From a bacterium (GTDB taxonomy: Bacteria; Patescibacteriota; Minisyncoccia; Phycocordibacterales; CAIZIN01), in the NCBI GenBank assembly GCA_031409775.1, contig JANNXY010000042.1, forward strand, positions 165-64,164: DNA of 64,000 nt, read 5' to 3'. Positions 38,794 through 46,916 of the stretch are shown here, in pieces. Below the pieces are notes generated by a model. It was given only the letters and a program-made list of their open reading frames with translations. It did not search any database and was not told the DNA's origin. Within the stretch, counting starts at the first letter, position 1. Every line of letters starts with the position of its first letter. The translations under genes were made by a program, and so were the position numbers.

Positions 38794-39813
38794 CTAAAAA
38801 GCCAGTGCCGCTGCGGACTCAAGTATCTGCTTTACCGATGAGCTCTGGTCGAGCAGGTACGATCGCATCTCTAGAATCATCCTCTGGTTCCTAATAGGTT
38901 TGTTGGTGTTACGCATAGCTGTGATTATCTGGTCCAATAAATCAACTGCACGGTCCTTGCCAAATTTCTCTGATTTGATTCCTTCGACTATTTTACTACT
39001 TTCTAGCAATAGCTCTTTTACGCTCAGTTTTATATCATTTATTTTATTACTTACTTTCGAATCAAATTTGGATTCCAGTCGCGATCTAAGAGTTGGTAGA
39101 ATACGTTCAGGGAATTGAGTAACGAAGAAAAAAACAGTATCTCGCGGCGGTTCCTCTACTACTTTGAGCAATGTGTTCTGTGCTTCTGCGTTCATGGTTA
39201 TAAACTCGAGCATCACTATCCTTTTCTTGTTTCCAAATGTGTGTCTAGATAAAGCATCTTTGACTTCGCGAGCTGTATCTATCTTGAAGTTGGTTTCTCT
39301 GTATACAAGCAACTCTAAATTACCTTTATCCTCTTTCGATAAAATCCCTTCTGCTATTTCTTTGGTCAAGAGGTATGCGTGATGCATCGGGGGTATTTTA
39401 GCATTTCCCCTCCTTATCCTAGGAGGGGTGGTCGTAGACCGGGGAGGTAGATTCTCTTGAATTTTACTTAAAACTCCACTTAGATTATTTCTTACTTCAC
39501 TATTCCAAAATCTTATAACGCTCAAATTTAATTCTTTGAAAAATTCTGTTCTTACTTTATCATATTCTTGATCTTCACTATGCGAATTCCCGTCGACTTC
39601 AATAATCAAACTCTTTTCACTGCAATAGAAATCAACTACATATCTGCCTATCCCCGTCTGCCTTCTGAATTTATAACCCAAGCCATTTCCTTTCAATTTT
39701 GACCAAAGTAAAACTTCCTCTTTGCTCATATTATGTCGGAGAAATCTTCTTTTTTCCTTTGAATTCGCTAGATTAAATATTCTATCAGTATTCATAGAAG
39801 AATTATACACCAC
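38794..39813 (-). CDS. holB: in-frame fusion ORF: DUF559 (Vsr-like endonuclease fold) domain + DNA polymerase III delta' (HolB)-like C-terminal part
   Basis: aa ~7-120 match DUF559 (KFRRQTGIGRYVVDFYCSEKSLIIEVDGNSHS...VIRFWNSEV). aa 143-339 match clamp-loader delta' (MHHAYLL..., LLKVVEEPP, LRSRL). The listed GTG start lies inside the inverted repeat, so the likely DUF559 start is the ATG at 39795 and the likely native holB start is the ATG at 39387. Confidence 0.65.
   Translation of the reverse strand: MVYNSSMNTDRIFNLANSKEKRRFLRHNMSKEEVLLWSKLKGNGLGYKFRRQTGIGRYVVDFYCSEKSLIIEVDGNSHSEDQEYDKVRTEFFKELNLSVIRFWNSEVRNNLSGVLSKIQENLPPRSTTTPPRIRRGNAKIPPMHHAYLLTKEIAEGILSKEDKGNLELLVYRETNFKIDTAREVKDALSRHTFGNKKRIVMLEFITMNAEAQNTLLKVVEEPPRDTVFFFVTQFPERILPTLRSRLESKFDSKVSNKINDIKLSVKELLLESSKIVEGIKSEKFGKDRAVDLLDQIITAMRNTNKPIRNQRMILEMRSYLLDQSSSVKQILESAAALAF
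39403..39447. repeat. right inverted repeat of DUF559 cassette (also encodes PPRSTTTPPRIRRGNAK linker)
   Basis: See the mobile_element entry; contains palindrome CCCCTCC-N8-GGAGGGG. Confidence 0.6.
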
Positions 39814-39854
39814 CCCGGCCTCCGGCCACCCCTCCTAGGATAAGGAGGGGAAAT
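39811..39854. repeat. left inverted repeat of DUF559 cassette (supplies TATAAT 7 nt upstream of the DUF559 ATG)
   Basis: Reverse complement matches 39403-39447; contains palindrome CCCCTCC-N8-GGAGGGG. Confidence 0.6.
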
Positions 39855-39855
39855 A

Positions 39856-40869
39856 CTACCTCTTTGACAATATGGTTTTCTTGTATGCATCTAGGTGTTC
39901 GAGTGCAGTACCTGTGCCTTTGGCCACACAATGCATCGGGTCCTCGGCAAGCGTGCATTTAACACCCGTACGTCGATAGACAAGTTCTGGGAAGTTGCGT
40001 AGTAGTGATGAGCCACCTGTCATAATTATACCCTGGTCGATAATATCTGATGCGAGCTCTGGTGGGGTTTCCTGTAATACATCCTTTATAGCCTTGATCA
40101 TCTCGCGAAGCTCTTTGGAAATTGCTTTCACTATTTCGTTAGTCTTGATCTCTGTTGATCGTGGAAGTCCAGTGAGGAAATCACGGCCTTTGACTATCAC
40201 CACGAGCTCTTCGTCGAGGAAGACCGCCGAACCTATTTCTAGCTTTATTCGTTCGGCGGTCTTGTCCCCTATCGCTAGGTTGAAATTCTTCTTTATATAA
40301 TCAGTTATTGCTGCATCTATCTTGTTGCCTGCACATTTGACTGATGTAGATGCTACTATACCTCCGAGCGAGATCACCGCCACATCTGTAGTACCACCTC
40401 CAATATCCACTACCATGTGACCTTTGGGTTCATATATCGGTATCCCTGCGCCGATCGCAGCAAGTATGGGCTCTTTGACCACATAAGCGTTCTTGGCTCC
40501 AGCTTTGATAGTCGCCTCGATCACTGCCCTACGCTCCGTTGAAGTGATTCCTGCGGGAACAGAAACCATTACCTCTGGTTTCCAGATATTCCATTTACCC
40601 AATGATTTGTTCATATAGTATCGGAGCATTGCTTCTGTCACACGATAGTCAGCGATCACCCCGTCTTTGAGCGGTCTATAGGCTATGATGTTCTCTGGGG
40701 TTCGACCTATCATAGCCTTGGCATCGAGCCCAACAGCCAGAATCCTATTGTCCTGTTCTGATACAGCTACAACAGAAGGTTCGTTTAGAACTATGCCTTG
40801 ACCAGGGACAAAAACCAGTGTATTTGCAGTTCCTAGATCTATTCCTAATTTGGGTGAAAACCAGCTCAT
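39856..40869 (-). CDS. MreB-like actin homolog (second paralog)
   Basis: LGIDLGTANTLVF and DIGGGTTD motifs; 337 aa; separate from the mreBCD operon. Confidence 0.85.
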   Translation of the reverse strand: MSWFSPKLGIDLGTANTLVFVPGQGIVLNEPSVVAVSEQDNRILAVGLDAKAMIGRTPENIIAYRPLKDGVIADYRVTEAMLRYYMNKSLGKWNIWKPEVMVSVPAGITSTERRAVIEATIKAGAKNAYVVKEPILAAIGAGIPIYEPKGHMVVDIGGGTTDVAVISLGGIVASTSVKCAGNKIDAAITDYIKKNFNLAIGDKTAERIKLEIGSAVFLDEELVVIVKGRDFLTGLPRSTEIKTNEIVKAISKELREMIKAIKDVLQETPPELASDIIDQGIIMTGGSSLLRNFPELVYRRTGVKCTLAEDPMHCVAKGTGTALEHLDAYKKTILSKR

Positions 40870-40914
40870 TTGGTGGTAATAGTAATATCTTTTGCTTAGG
40901 TTTACAATGTAAAC

Positions 40915-42795
40915 ATGTATTTAATCCGAGTAATACCAATATCTAGAGGAATTGACAAGGACTCGCTTACATATTTCAGCCTCAGAGACTGCCCTGTGGG
41001 ACACATCGCAAGCATCCAGATAAGGAGTAGAATGGCCCCAGCTATAGTGTATTCAAGCGAGAAAGTGGAGATGGAGAAGAGCTCTATCAAGCAACTCCCG
41101 TATGAGTTGAAAAAGATTTCCGATGCTGGGAGCGGTAGTCAGCCATTTTTTAACCAAGCATTTATGAAGGCTGTAGAAAATATCGCAACACATCATGCAT
41201 CATCTGCAGGTGCGGTGATCGAAGCTCTCACACCATCTAACGTACTCTCTGAGCATGTATCAATCATATCAAAGGTGGCAGAAATTCCAGTCGACAATCA
41301 CCCCACAGAGAACCTGATGTTCCAAGCCGACGACGAGACTCGACTTGCACATTACAAAAGCATAATAAGAGAAGAATTCGCCAAGAAAAATTCTGTATTT
41401 ATACTTGTACCGACAGTTCACGAAGCCAACTTTATCAAAGAAGGTTTAGAAAAAGGTATCGAATCATATACCTATGTAGCTCACGGTGGTCTGTCCAAGA
41501 AAGCTTCTGTACATCTATGGAACGAAGTGATAAGCAATTCACACCCTGTATTGGTTATAGGAACTGCGATATTTCTATCTATACCGCGAAGATGGAATAC
41601 GATCATAGTAGAGCGCGAGAGTTCTAGGCATTACAAAATGTCACAGAGACCGTTCCTAGATGTTCGACGTGTCGCAGAGAAGCTGGCCCTGCATTCGAAA
41701 GCGACATGTATATTTGCAGACGTGATGCTACGCGCAGAAACTCTCTGTAGGTACGAAGATGGCGAGATACACGAAGTGAGTAAACCCCAATGGAGGTCTA
41801 TGTCGAATTCCAAGATAAACCTAGTAGACCTCCGTAGTCTCAAATTCTCTATACTAAGTAATGAGCTGAGGCAACTGATTTCTGACAACAAATCCAACGG
41901 TCGGAGGCTGTTTATCTATGTATCACGTAGGGGTAATTCTCCACAGATTATATGTCGGGACTGTGGCAACACGGTTATGTGTAACAGGTGTAGTGCACCC
42001 GTAGTGCTGCATACATCAGCTGCCAAAAGTGATCGATACTTCCTCTGCCATAGTTGTGGCGAGCGACGTACCGCAGATGAGTCATGCACTCACTGCGAGA
42101 GCTGGCACCTACAGGGCTACGGTGTGGGCATAGAATCTGCCCAAGAACTCCTGAGTAAAGAATTTCCAAATATCAAAATATTTAGAATCGACTCCGACAC
42201 TACACCCACAGACAAGAAAGCGACAGCTGTAATAGATGAATTCTATACCAACCCCGGTAGCATACTACTAGGCACTGACCGTGCGCTGTACTACCTCAAG
42301 GAACCGATCGAGAATGTCGCTATAGCATCACTCGACTCTCTGTTCTCGCTCCCCGACTTCCGAATCCAAGAAAAGATATTCCACACCATTCTACAGCTAC
42401 GATCGCTCTCGTCACATACATTCATCGCACAGACGCGCTACACCGACAATCCGTTGTGGAACTATGCGCTCAAAGGAAACCTCATCGACTTCTACCGCTC
42501 AGAAAAGGACTCTCGCAAGCAGTTCCACTATCCACCGTACAAGACACTTATAAAGATCACCTACACAGGTACACCAGCATTAGTCCGCAAGGAAATGTCG
42601 AACCTCAAATCAATATTGGAACCGTATGTTGTAAACATCTTCCCTGCGTTTATCGAGAACAAGAAAGGTAAATTTGTAATGCATGGACTACTCCGCCTCG
42701 ACAAGCGTGACTGGCCGAACCTGGACCTCCATGACAAACTCCGCTCCCTCCCGCCAAGCTTTGCCGTAAATGTCGATCCCGAGAATTTGCTTTAG
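40915..42795 (+). CDS. priA: primosomal protein N' (PriA) homolog with degenerate helicase ATPase motifs
   Basis: PriA-like 3'-DNA-binding N-terminus and the characteristic CxxC-rich Zn-binding insert (CRDCGNTVMCNRCSAPVV...CHSCGERRTADESCTHCES) are present. No GxGKT Walker A was found. The DEEH box position reads IIVERESSRHYK. Confidence 0.65.
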   Translation: MYLIRVIPISRGIDKDSLTYFSLRDCPVGHIASIQIRSRMAPAIVYSSEKVEMEKSSIKQLPYELKKISDAGSGSQPFFNQAFMKAVENIATHHASSAGAVIEALTPSNVLSEHVSIISKVAEIPVDNHPTENLMFQADDETRLAHYKSIIREEFAKKNSVFILVPTVHEANFIKEGLEKGIESYTYVAHGGLSKKASVHLWNEVISNSHPVLVIGTAIFLSIPRRWNTIIVERESSRHYKMSQRPFLDVRRVAEKLALHSKATCIFADVMLRAETLCRYEDGEIHEVSKPQWRSMSNSKINLVDLRSLKFSILSNELRQLISDNKSNGRRLFIYVSRRGNSPQIICRDCGNTVMCNRCSAPVVLHTSAAKSDRYFLCHSCGERRTADESCTHCESWHLQGYGVGIESAQELLSKEFPNIKIFRIDSDTTPTDKKATAVIDEFYTNPGSILLGTDRALYYLKEPIENVAIASLDSLFSLPDFRIQEKIFHTILQLRSLSSHTFIAQTRYTDNPLWNYALKGNLIDFYRSEKDSRKQFHYPPYKTLIKITYTGTPALVRKEMSNLKSILEPYVVNIFPAFIENKKGKFVMHGLLRLDKRDWPNLDLHDKLRSLPPSFAVNVDPENLL

Positions 42796-43166
42796 TTTGC
42801 ACCCAGATAATCTTTGATTCTTTGTTTACTCTCATTTTCAGATTCACCTTTGAAGTAAATTTCAATAAATTCAACGGTAGTTGTCGCAGGATAAAAGGCA
42901 TAGATGATGCGAATACCACTTTTTGCCCCACGACCCTTGAGCGACTTACAGGCAAACTTCTTTAGTTTGCAAATTTTTATTTTATCTGTACAAAAGTTGG
43001 GAATCAAGAAAATGGAATTAATATATTCCAAACCTTCATGGTAAGGCTCTATTGTTGCAATCTTGGCGAACTCTAAATCATCTGTAAGAGACCTAAACTT
43101 CTTTTGCAGAAACTTTAAATCCCTTTGGAATTCACTTGTTTCTCTATAAATAATCTTGATCGTCAT
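42792..43166 (-). CDS. RelE/ParE/HigB-superfamily toxin-like protein
   Basis: 124 aa; C-terminal KSGIRIIYAFYP...IEIYFKGESE resembles the RelE/HigB core (GxRxIY...I). Overlaps the upstream HTH-Panacea gene by 23 nt. Confidence 0.5.
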   Translation of the reverse strand: MTIKIIYRETSEFQRDLKFLQKKFRSLTDDLEFAKIATIEPYHEGLEYINSIFLIPNFCTDKIKICKLKKFACKSLKGRGAKSGIRIIYAFYPATTTVEFIEIYFKGESENESKQRIKDYLGAN

Positions 43167-43962
43167 AATTTCTTACAGAAGTTTTCTCAGTCCGATAAAA
43201 AACACCTTCATATTTAATTGGCTGATTTTCTTTGGTAACGATCCATGGGATATCCTCATGAGAGTAGTTGCTCAATTCTGTGGCATTTTTATTGCTTAAT
43301 CTCGCCAATACTTCATCGATGTGCTTTATTTCATTTGCACTGAGTACAGAGAGGTTAGCCTGCCTCTTTGGTAGGTATTTGGTCTGCCCATGTTGGAAAT
43401 AATTACTTTTTACGGTTTCTAGCTCGCCTTTGGACTCCATTGATTCTATGACCTTTTTGAACTCCACTGGAGTCGGGCCAAAATGATTCTTGATATATGT
43501 CGCACCAATGAGCTGTTCTTCGAACTTTTCGTAATAATCAAAGTCGATAAAGTAGAGAAGTTTGTACAGAACCGTCATCCCGACATTTGGCTTGCCACCA
43601 ACCCTTTCGAGTATATAAAGCAATACCTCTTTGAACTTCTTGATGTTTTTCTGCGGGACATCTATGCGCATTCCTATCGTTTCTTTTATTTCCTTTTCGT
43701 CCATTATTCTTATATCCAATTCGAAATTTTTTTTTCCAGAAATGAGGTTTTCAATTTTAATTTCGAAAATCTGTGCGATCTTTTGAGCTTGGGAAATAGT
43801 CAGCTCTTTCTTGCCTTTCTCCACCTCAATGTAGCTTGGGCGTGAAATACCAATCTTTTCAGCAATATAAGCCTGTGACAAATTTGCCTCGTTACGTAAT
43901 TCTTGTAGAAATTTATGTTTAATCATATCCAATATTATATACTCGCCATATTGATATGTCAA
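43144..43962 (-). CDS. XRE-family HTH + Panacea (DUF4065) domain antitoxin-like protein
   Basis: N-terminal HTH (LSQAYIAEKIGISRPSYIEVEKGKKELTISQAQKIAQIF). The central GMTVLYKLLYFIDFDYYEKFEEQLIGATYIKNHFGPTPVEF matches the DUF4065/Panacea KLxKLLYF...GxP...GPV pattern. Confidence 0.55.
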   Translation of the reverse strand: MTYQYGEYIILDMIKHKFLQELRNEANLSQAYIAEKIGISRPSYIEVEKGKKELTISQAQKIAQIFEIKIENLISGKKNFELDIRIMDEKEIKETIGMRIDVPQKNIKKFKEVLLYILERVGGKPNVGMTVLYKLLYFIDFDYYEKFEEQLIGATYIKNHFGPTPVEFKKVIESMESKGELETVKSNYFQHGQTKYLPKRQANLSVLSANEIKHIDEVLARLSNKNATELSNYSHEDIPWIVTKENQPIKYEGVFYRTEKTSVRNYDDQDYL

Positions 43963-44092
43963 TAATAGTTACAATAAAATTGTTAAAATAACTAACATAA
44001 TCTTGATTTTTAGCTCCCCGTACCCTATTACACAATCAAATATCTGTCAAATTCAGCTTTATTTTATTCCTCATTTATTGTATAAATACCCC

Positions 44093-44596
44093 ATGTCAAA
44101 GATAATTCAAAACGGTGATAAGGTGCTCCGCATGGAAGCAGAGTCAGTGGATCCCAAAATGTTTGGGAGCAAGAAGCTCCTCGCTATACTCAAGGATATG
44201 GCCAAGACTGCGAATGCCGAGCAGGACGCAGTGGCTATTGCTGCTCCACAGATCGGAGTGAGCCTGCGCATATTTGTGATTACTGACCGAGTTCGCGAGA
44301 TAATCAAGTCCCCCGACCTCCCACTAATTTATATAAATCCAACAATTATTAAGCAAAGCAAGGACAAGAAAGCAATGGAAGAAGGCTGCCTCTCGGTGCG
44401 CTGGCTCTATGGCAAAGTCCGCAGGTCCTCCCGCGTGACGATCGAAGCATTCGACGAGAGTGGCAACAAATTCACCCGTGGTGCCTCTGGCCTCCTCGCC
44501 CAGATATTCCAGCACGAGACCGATCACCTCGACGGCATCCTATTTATCGATACCGCCAAGAATTTAAGGGAGATGCTGCCAGAGAATCAGGATTAG
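44093..44596 (+). CDS. def: peptide deformylase
   Basis: EGCLS and QHETDHLDG (HExxH) motifs. Start reassigned to MSKIIQNGDKV; the N-terminal extension from 44003 is rejected. Confidence 0.9.
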   Translation: MSKIIQNGDKVLRMEAESVDPKMFGSKKLLAILKDMAKTANAEQDAVAIAAPQIGVSLRIFVITDRVREIIKSPDLPLIYINPTIIKQSKDKKAMEEGCLSVRWLYGKVRRSSRVTIEAFDESGNKFTRGASGLLAQIFQHETDHLDGILFIDTAKNLREMLPENQD

Positions 44597-44759
44597 AATT
44601 TATGTGTTATTTTTTGCATGGAGGAATATTTGCTGTTGCAAAGCAATTTTTTTCCAAAACTTTAATTCAGCAATTAGTTTGGTCGCTGGAGAGTTCTTCT
44701 TTTTTAAGACTAACCCTAGATTCCGTATTCACTTAGGACACTCTGTATAATCAGAGTAC

Positions 44760-45467
44760 ATGAAAAAATCAAAAACTTTTAAATTATTATCTCGCGCCGA
44801 GCGTGATGAAATAGAAATACTACTAGAAAAAGAATATTCTGGGAGATCAATTGCCAAAGCACTCTGTCGTTCTCCGAATACTATCTCGTATGAGATTAGG
44901 AAAAACGGTGGCAAGAAAAAGTACAAGGCTCAAAATGCTCACCAATATGCACAGACCAGAAGAAAAGATACCAAAACACAGTGGAAAAAGATTGAACACA
45001 ATAGCACTCTCAAAACCTTCATCATTGAGAAATTGAAATTACATTGGAATTCCGATGAAATCGCTGGATACATGAGGCGAAAAAAGCTAAAGTTTTATGC
45101 CTCAAAAACAGCTATCTATGAGTGGCTTAGGAGTGAGTACGGACAACAATATTGCAAGCATCTCTACTCTGGTCGATACAGGGTCAAACGCCACAAGACG
45201 AGCAAGAAGAAACGGGAGATGATTCCTAATCGAGTGAGCATTGAGAAGCGTCCAAAGGCCATTCTGAAGCGAGGTAGGTTTGGTCACTGTGAAGCTGATA
45301 CTGTAGTCTCAGCCAAAGATGGCTCTGGAGGAGTCTCAGTGTTTCAAGAAAGAAAATCTCGCTTGTATCAGGCAAAAAAGGCGCTAGGTATGAGTGCCAA
45401 AGAACATGTGATTAATCAAGAACCCCGCGGCAGAGCCGTCCCCTCGCAAAGCCTCGGCGGGGTATGA
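44760..45467 (+). pseudogene. IS30-family transposase remnant (N-terminal HTH and start of DDE domain only), interrupted by IS200-type insertion
   Basis: N-terminal HTH region and GHCEADTV (IS30 GHWEGDxI equivalent) followed by ERKSRLY. Homology ends at ~45430, where the IS200 right end begins. No C-terminal DDE/E part is found downstream. Confidence 0.65.
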
Positions 45468-45995
45468 ATTGATGCATGGTCTAGTGCCAAAGGGTGAGCT
45501 GTACTGATTCGACCGTCTTTCCCTGGTTTTCTATGTATTTCTTTACTATATCCCAGTTTCCACGCTCGCCTACTGTAGCGAGATAGTAACCATCACTCCA
45601 GAACTCTCCTCCCCACAGATCTTTACGCAGTTCAGGAAATCGCCTGAATAGTTGTTTGGCTGTAATGCTTTTGAACATCGTCACTACTTCGATACCTGAA
45701 TACTTCGGGTGATAAGAGCAGAGTATGTGAATATGGTTAATATCGCATCCTAGGTTTTCAAAATCGATTTCGTATCTTTCACCGATTTCCTTGGCGATTT
45801 CTAATACGGCGAGCTCCACTGGTTTGTCTAACAGAGCTTTGCGGTATTTGACGGGAAAGACTATGTGATAGTGGGTATTGTATGCGCAGTGATTGCTTTT
45901 CTTGACCATGCATCTAGTATATCTGAAAACCAAGGGTTTTCAGACTTTCCTTAGCAGAAACCCCGCCCTAGAAGGGACGGGGAATGGGGGAGATT
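45425..45995 (-). mobile_element. IS200-type element (tnpA only) with subterminal GC-rich hairpins
   Basis: Left-end hairpin CCCCGCCCTAGAAGGGACGGGG at ~45948-45975 and an imperfect palindrome at ~45436-45470 flank tnpA. The element is inserted into the IS30 transposase gene. Boundaries are approximate. Confidence 0.5.
45481..45933 (-). CDS. tnpA: IS200/IS605-family Y1 (HUH) transposase TnpA
   Basis: 150 aa; HUH motif HIHIL (INHIHILCSY) and the conserved catalytic Tyr region (WSDGYYLATVG) typical of IS200 TnpA. Confidence 0.85.
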   Translation of the reverse strand: MVFRYTRCMVKKSNHCAYNTHYHIVFPVKYRKALLDKPVELAVLEIAKEIGERYEIDFENLGCDINHIHILCSYHPKYSGIEVVTMFKSITAKQLFRRFPELRKDLWGGEFWSDGYYLATVGERGNWDIVKKYIENQGKTVESVQLTLWH

Positions 45996-46013
45996 TAATC
46001 AATCCACGTAAAT

Positions 46014-46685
46014 TTATAATTGTAATTTTTTTGAGTCTGAAATACTCTCTGATAATTCATTAAATGTATACTGGTAGATTTTCCAATCAGAATAATCAAT
46101 TATTTCTTCTGGTTCATCGAATGTAAGCCAGTCGTCTTTAATATTCCCTGAACAATGCTTAAGTTTATTTATATATCTGCCAACAGCGCTGTCTCTATTC
46201 TCTTCATTTTTCTTATAATCTAGACCTATTTTTCCTAAAGTTATTTTTAAGTCAATTAAAGTTTTAGAGGGGATAAATAATTCTGCCTTTCCATTATTAA
46301 TTATATGGTCAGTTATCTCTCGATACCTTAACGCCTCCTCTTTTTGAGATGTTTCTTCATATTTTACACCCAATTCCACTAATTTACTGCAATATAATTT
46401 ATATATCTTCCATTGATTGAAAGACAAATCATTCGTTACCTCATCGTAGGTTTTTTGGATGCGTTGCGAGTATACTGCCACAAGAAAACAAATTGATACC
46501 AAAATAAATCCCTCAGAGGGTGATAACTCATCCTGCATAATTATGAAACCAATAAATATAATCAAAAAAGGATGTTTAACGATAAATTTTTTAATAGAAT
46601 ATAATACTTTACGCATGTTACTTATTATTAAGATTTTGATTACAAACGGATAAAGCAATACTAAGTGCCATAAAAAAACCTCCAC
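46014..46685 (-). CDS. hypothetical membrane-anchored protein (223 aa) in very AT-rich DNA
   Basis: Two N-terminal TM helices then a charged Lys/Glu-rich cytoplasmic domain. Local GC is far below the rest of the window; no homology recognised. Confidence 0.4.
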   Translation of the reverse strand: MEVFLWHLVLLYPFVIKILIISNMRKVLYSIKKFIVKHPFLIIFIGFIIMQDELSPSEGFILVSICFLVAVYSQRIQKTYDEVTNDLSFNQWKIYKLYCSKLVELGVKYEETSQKEEALRYREITDHIINNGKAELFIPSKTLIDLKITLGKIGLDYKKNEENRDSAVGRYINKLKHCSGNIKDDWLTFDEPEEIIDYSDWKIYQYTFNELSESISDSKKLQL

Positions 46686-46803
46686 CTATTACTGCTGGCA
46701 ATGAATCTAATCCCATCTCGCTTGAACTCAATACTCCAAGTAATACTGCAAAGAAACCTATTATTAGTGATGCTAAACCTACAAGATTAGTTAATGTTTT
46801 CAT
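46618..46803 (-). CDS. small hydrophobic protein (61 aa)
   Basis: Two predicted TM helices (LVGLASLIIGFFAVLLGVL; GGGFFMALSIALSV); immediately upstream of, and overlapping, the 223-aa gene. Confidence 0.3.
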   Translation of the reverse strand: MKTLTNLVGLASLIIGFFAVLLGVLSSSEMGLDSLPAVIGGGFFMALSIALSVCNQNLNNK

Positions 46804-46916
46804 ATATATTAAGCATACTCTTATAATGTTGATAATTCAACTACTATTATGTGATTAAATCTATAGAGATTACTGTTGATAAATATACATATTTTAATGA
46901 GTTTAAGCATAGGTGA

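Larger units (their letters stand above)
39403..39854 (-). mobile_element. candidate miniature insertion: DUF559 ORF bounded by ~45 bp imperfect inverted repeats
   Basis: 39403-39447 and the reverse complement of 39811-39854 share a 29-nt identical core (ATTTCCCCTCCTTATCCTAGGAGGGGTGG) plus a ~16-nt extension with 11/16 matches. The element sits exactly at the 5' end of holB. Confidence 0.5.

Noticed and set aside
44003-44092. N-terminal extension of the peptide deformylase ORF
   Set aside because: Deformylase homology begins at MSKIIQNGDKV, and the upstream residues are low-complexity read-through of the promoter region.
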